Assembly: GCA_020349685.1 (NCBI GenBank) | Contig: CP070698.1 | Coordinates: 199,798-211,691 of the forward strand | DNA length: 11,894 nucleotides | Source: a bacterium | GTDB lineage: Bacteria; BMS3Abin14 | Reading direction: 5' to 3' | Shown here: positions 8,377 through 11,894 of the stretch, one piece after another | Numbering within the stretch: position 1 is the first letter of the stretch | How the letters are laid out: each line of letters begins with the position of its first letter | Translations under genes and position numbers: made by a program | Notes under the pieces: generated by a model | Database searches by the model: none | Told to the model about the DNA's origin: nothing | What the model saw: the letters and a program-made list of their open reading frames with translations, nothing else

Positions 8377-10621
8377 CTCCCTGGACCTTGTTCTGGCACT
8401 CCTTGTTCGCGCAGGTCAGCACGTCGCCCCTTTTCGTCGAGCGCCGCGTCATGACCGGGAATTCGCAGACCGGACATGGCGTCTGAACCGGTTCGTCCCA
8501 GACCGCGAAATCGCACTTGGGATAGGACGAACAGCCGTAGAAGGTCTTTCCTTTCCGGGTCCGGCGGACGATGAGCTGACCGTCACAGCCCTCCCGTGGA
8601 CAGGCTATTCCGGTGGTGAAGGGCCTTGTTCCCTTGCAGTCGGGATAGCGCGTGCAGCCGAGGAAAGGACCCGTGGGACCCTGTTTGACGGTCATGGGGC
8701 CATCGCACTCGGGGCACTTTTCGGGGCGCTCTTCCCCTTTGGTCAGGTGGAATTTTCCGTCGGAGGTCCGCTCGAAATCCGATGTGAAGCGGCACTCGGG
8801 GTAGCCGCTGCATGCCAGGAACTCCCCGGTCCTGCCGCTCATCTTGACCATGAGAGGCTTTGAGCACTCGGGGCAGGTGAGGTCCGTCTCACCCCAGGTG
8901 AAGTCCTCATCCTTTTCTTCCACGGATATCAGTTCCGAGGTGAAGGGATCGTAAAAAGCTTCCAGGACCTGCAGGTAGGTCTTGTCCCCCTCTTCCACCA
9001 GGTCAAGTTCATCCTCAAGGTGGGCGGTGAACTGGACGTCCACCAGGCGGGGAAAGCGGCTGACGAGGTAGTCGTTGACTCCCAGCCCCAGCGAGGTGGG
9101 GAAGAACCTTCTCTTGTCCTCCATGACGACGTATTTTCTCTTCCTGATGGTGTCGAGGATGGCGGCATAGGTGCTCGGCCGCCCGATCCCCTTCTCCTCC
9201 ATGGTCTTGACAAGGGTCGCTTCCGTGTACCTCGGAGGAGGCTGTGTGGTCTTCATCTGAAGATCCACTTCGACAAGCCCGAGCTCCTGTCCCGCTTTGA
9301 GGGGGGGCAGGGTGACCTCCCCGTCGTTGTTGTCGTCCTTTCCTTCCTCGTAAAGGGCGGTGAAACCCGTAAAGAGGATCCTTTGTCCGGACGCGGTGAG
9401 ACCGATGGTACCGGCAGTGATCTGAACTTTCGTTCGCTCGATCCGCGCGTTCTCCATCTGGGATGCCAGGAACCGTCTGTAGATCAGCTCGTACAGGCGG
9501 GCCTGGTCCCTGTCGAGATAGGATGAAACATCCTCCGGTCTCAGATCCGGCTGACTGGGCCTGACTGCTTCGTGGGCATCCTGGGCTCCCTTCCGGTTCC
9601 GGTAGTGGCGGGGGGAGGCGGGGACGAACTCCTGGCCGAAGTGACTTGCGATCTGTTTCCGTGCTGTTTCAACGGACTGGGCCGACACCCTGACGGAGTC
9701 TGTCCTCATGTAGGTGATGAGGCCCATGGTGCCCCGTTCACCGAGGGCGATGCCCTCGTAGAGCTGCTGGGCAACCATCATGGTCTTCTTGGCCGTGAAC
9801 CTCAGTTTTCGGGCGGCCTCCTGCTGCAGCGTGCTGGTGATGAAGGGGGGAGGCGGCGACTTTGCACTTTCCCTGACTTCGAGGTCGTTGACGATGTGCG
9901 CTTCCCCCTCCAGAACAGATCTGATCTTCAGGGCCGTGGCCTCGTCCGGTATGCGGCCGTTCTTCAGTGAGGTCTTCCCATCATCCAGGGAAGTGACCCG
10001 GGCCTTGAGGACGGGTGGCTGATCGGCGCCAAGGATCGAATGCACGAGCCAGTAGTCCTCGGGTATGAAGGCCTGGATCTCCCGTTCCCTTTCACAGATG
10101 AGCCGAAGGGCTACCGACTGCACTCGCCCCGCGGACAGACCTCTCTGGATCTTCTTCCAGAGCACCGGGCTGAGTTTGTATCCGACGAGCCTGTCGATGG
10201 CCCTGCGGGCCTGCTGGGCGTGGAATTTCCGGTCGTCAAGTTTTCCGGGTTTATCAAGGGCCTTGAGGATCCCGCTCTTGGTGATCTCGTGGAAAAGGAC
10301 TCTGTAAACCCTGTCGTCGGGGAGCTTGAGGTGCCGGCTGATGAGATACCCGATGGCCTCGCCTTCGCGGTCGGGGTCGGTAGCCAGCAGGACCCTTTCC
10401 GCCTCCCTGGAGGCCTTGGAGATCTGCCCCAGGACCTTCTTCTTGCTGGGGATGACCATGTTCTTGAGGGTAAACTCCTTCTCCGGATCAACGGCCAGCT
10501 CCTTGGCGGGCAGGTCGATGACGTGCCCGTTGGATGAGAGAACGTCGTAATCCTTTCCCAGGATCCTTCCGATGGTTTTTGCCTTTGTGGGTGATTCGAC
10601 GATGATGAGATCTTTGCCCAT
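8363..10621 (-). CDS. topA: DNA topoisomerase I (type IA) with C-terminal zinc ribbons
   Basis: 752 aa with TOPRIM motifs LIIVESPTKAK and ATDPDREGE, SAGRVQS, catalytic LITYMRTD, AQDAHEA and GIGRPSTYA. Four C-terminal Cys4 repeats (CPEC..CSGYPEC and others). Overlaps the trmFO start by 14 nt. Confidence 0.98.
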   Translation of the reverse strand: MGKDLIIVESPTKAKTIGRILGKDYDVLSSNGHVIDLPAKELAVDPEKEFTLKNMVIPSKKKVLGQISKASREAERVLLATDPDREGEAIGYLISRHLKLPDDRVYRVLFHEITKSGILKALDKPGKLDDRKFHAQQARRAIDRLVGYKLSPVLWKKIQRGLSAGRVQSVALRLICEREREIQAFIPEDYWLVHSILGADQPPVLKARVTSLDDGKTSLKNGRIPDEATALKIRSVLEGEAHIVNDLEVRESAKSPPPPFITSTLQQEAARKLRFTAKKTMMVAQQLYEGIALGERGTMGLITYMRTDSVRVSAQSVETARKQIASHFGQEFVPASPRHYRNRKGAQDAHEAVRPSQPDLRPEDVSSYLDRDQARLYELIYRRFLASQMENARIERTKVQITAGTIGLTASGQRILFTGFTALYEEGKDDNNDGEVTLPPLKAGQELGLVEVDLQMKTTQPPPRYTEATLVKTMEEKGIGRPSTYAAILDTIRKRKYVVMEDKRRFFPTSLGLGVNDYLVSRFPRLVDVQFTAHLEDELDLVEEGDKTYLQVLEAFYDPFTSELISVEEKDEDFTWGETDLTCPECSKPLMVKMSGRTGEFLACSGYPECRFTSDFERTSDGKFHLTKGEERPEKCPECDGPMTVKQGPTGPFLGCTRYPDCKGTRPFTTGIACPREGCDGQLIVRRTRKGKTFYGCSSYPKCDFAVWDEPVQTPCPVCEFPVMTRRSTKRGDVLTCANKECQNKVQGDGSG

Positions 10622-10663
10622 GAGATTTCCCCGCCCCTGAAAAGAGTTTGTCGTCCTGATTCA

Positions 10664-10731
10664 GGATTGCGGATTACAGATTACGGAAAATTATTCTTTT
10701 ACCGTAATTGTCAATTCGCAATTCGCAATGT
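10664..10731. repeat. Inverted pair of degenerate heptamer arrays forming an imperfect hairpin
   Basis: GGATTGC-GGATTAC-AGATTAC-GG, then AAAATTATTCTTTTA, then CC-GTAATTG-TCAATTC-GCAATTC-GCAATGT. The core ATTACGG (10680-10686) is the exact reverse complement of CCGTAAT (10702-10708). Confidence 0.75.
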
Positions 10732-10776
10732 ATTTTTGAGTTTGCTTCTAAACCAGACAATAGCCACTTTTGTCAA
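10688..10776 (-). promoter_or_regulatory. Candidate sigma70-type promoter region for topA
   Basis: Two perfect minus-strand TTGACA hexamers (10776-10771 and 10714-10709) in an AT-rich spacer. Neither has a good -10 at 17 nt; the best is TAATTT at 15 nt from the second. Confidence 0.3.
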
Positions 10777-10791
10777 GGGGAAAGGTTTTTC

Positions 10792-10819
10792 AAAGCTCAG
10801 AGCTTTAAGCTCAAAGCTT
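10792..10819. repeat. Degenerate heptamer array (nnAGCTY)x4
   Basis: AAAGCTC-AGAGCTT-TAAGCTC-AAAGCTT, with AGCT recurring every 7 nt, 13 nt past the dprA stop. Confidence 0.8.
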
Positions 10820-10832
10820 CCAGCCGCCTTTC

Positions 10833-11690
10833 TCATTTCAACGAGAACATCCCGCCCGGATCGCGGCGGACAAGCCCATCGAGCTCCAACTTTGTTAGTT
10901 GGGCCAGCACCTGGGAGAGGGGCATTCCCGTGGCCGCTGCCAGTTCCTCGGGAAGCCGGGGGCCGGGTTTGAGCGCCCTTGCAAGGGGATCTCTTTCCGG
11001 GTTTTTGTCCCGACAGGTGAGGTGAGGTCCGAGAAGGTGATCCAGCTCCAGGAGGCGCAGAATGTCCTCCCCACCGCACACCGGCGCGGCCCCATCCCTC
11101 AAAAGGGCGACAGGCCCGGCCGAAAGGGGGTCGTCGGCCCTGCCGGGCACGGCCATGACCTCCCTCCCCTGGTCCAGGGCCCAGCGGGCGGTTATCAGGG
11201 AGCCGCTGCGCCCCCTGGCCTGGACCACCACCACCGCCAGGGAAAGGCCGCTGATGACCCGGTTGCGGGAGGGAAAATTCCTCGGCAGCGGGGGAGTGCC
11301 GGGCGCGAACTCTGAGAGGATGGCCCCGCTGGCGATGATGCGCTTCCTCAGTTCTTTTGACCCTCTTGGGTAATCGATGTCGAGCCCGCAGCCGATCACG
11401 GCGATGGTCCTCCCGCCCCGGTCCAGAGCTGCTGTGTGGGCTTCGGTGTCTATGCCCCGCGCGAGTCCGCTGACGATGGTCACCCCGCTGGCGGCCAATT
11501 CACCTGAAATGAGGCGCGCCATGTGCCGCCCGTAGGGCGTCGGGGTCCGGGATCCGACCACAGCCACCGAGAGCTGATCTTCCCTGGTCGTCTGTCCCCT
11601 GACATGCAAACACGGGGGAGGGTCCTTTATGCGGTCAAGGAGTTGAGGGTAATCAGGGTCTTCGCGGTGAAGGCGGCTGTCACCCCTCAA
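10833..11690 (-). CDS. dprA: DNA-processing protein DprA (Smf), short form
   Basis: 285 aa with YPQLL..I.DPP, VAVVGSR, IVSGLARGID, FPSRNRVISGLS, SGSLITA and GREVMAVPG, plus a C-terminal winged-helix-like LTKLELDGLV. TTG start with GGAG 7 nt upstream. Confidence 0.95.
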   Translation of the reverse strand: MRGDSRLHREDPDYPQLLDRIKDPPPCLHVRGQTTREDQLSVAVVGSRTPTPYGRHMARLISGELAASGVTIVSGLARGIDTEAHTAALDRGGRTIAVIGCGLDIDYPRGSKELRKRIIASGAILSEFAPGTPPLPRNFPSRNRVISGLSLAVVVVQARGRSGSLITARWALDQGREVMAVPGRADDPLSAGPVALLRDGAAPVCGGEDILRLLELDHLLGPHLTCRDKNPERDPLARALKPGPRLPEELAAATGMPLSQVLAQLTKLELDGLVRRDPGGMFSLK

Positions 11691-11894
11691 GGTCTTGCTC
11701 CGCCAGTTTGAAGTCCACGTGGCGCCTGGCGAGGTTCACGTCGACCACCTCCACCGTCACCCGATCGCCGATGGAAAACACGGTGCCCGTGTTCTCTCCG
11801 ATGAGCATGAGGCGATCTTCCTGGAACCTGTAGTAGTCGTTGTGCAGGGCCGAGAGGTGTACGAGGCCCTCGATGAAGAATTCATCCAGTTCCA
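11680..11894 (-). CDS. rnr: Ribonuclease R, C-terminal S1 domain (gene begins outside the window)
   Basis: Manual translation gives ELDEFFIEGLVHLSALHNDYYRFQEDRLMLIGENTGTVFSIGDRVTVEVVDVNLARRHVDFKLAEQDLEG*, matching the RNase R S1 pattern (EGLVH.S.L..DYY.F......L.G...G..F..GD.V.V.V..V......IDF). Stop TGA at 11682-11680. Confidence 0.85.
   Translation of the reverse strand, partial: ELDEFFIEGLVHLSALHNDYYRFQEDRLMLIGENTGTVFSIGDRVTVEVVDVNLARRHVDFKLAEQDLEG

Noticed and set aside
306-11711. Many plus-strand ORFs of 60-277 aa
   Set aside because: They are antisense shadows of well-conserved minus-strand genes, expected at high GC, with no recognisable motifs.

Overview
GC-rich bacterial chromosomal housekeeping region with every credible gene on the minus strand. 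In transcription order: rnr (3' end) - dprA - topA - trmFO - xerC - hslV - hslU - [pseudo-receiver/GAF/GAF protein] - argB - argD - argF (5' end). The gene order resembles a deltaproteobacterial-type locus (inference). No mobile element, tRNA, rRNA or CRISPR array is evident. Two things are unexplained. (1) A 519-aa signalling protein is wedged between hslU and argB. Its receiver domain lacks the phospho-acceptor Asp, it has two GAF domains, and it ends in a coiled coil with no output domain. It sits where codY lies in the Bacillus version of this cluster. (2) All three long intergenic spacers (hslV-hslU, trmFO-xerC, dprA-topA) share one architecture, an AT-rich core bracketed by 7-bp tandem-repeat arrays, with a different heptamer family each time. 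Some arrays are mutually inverted, and one has been absorbed into the trmFO coding sequence.
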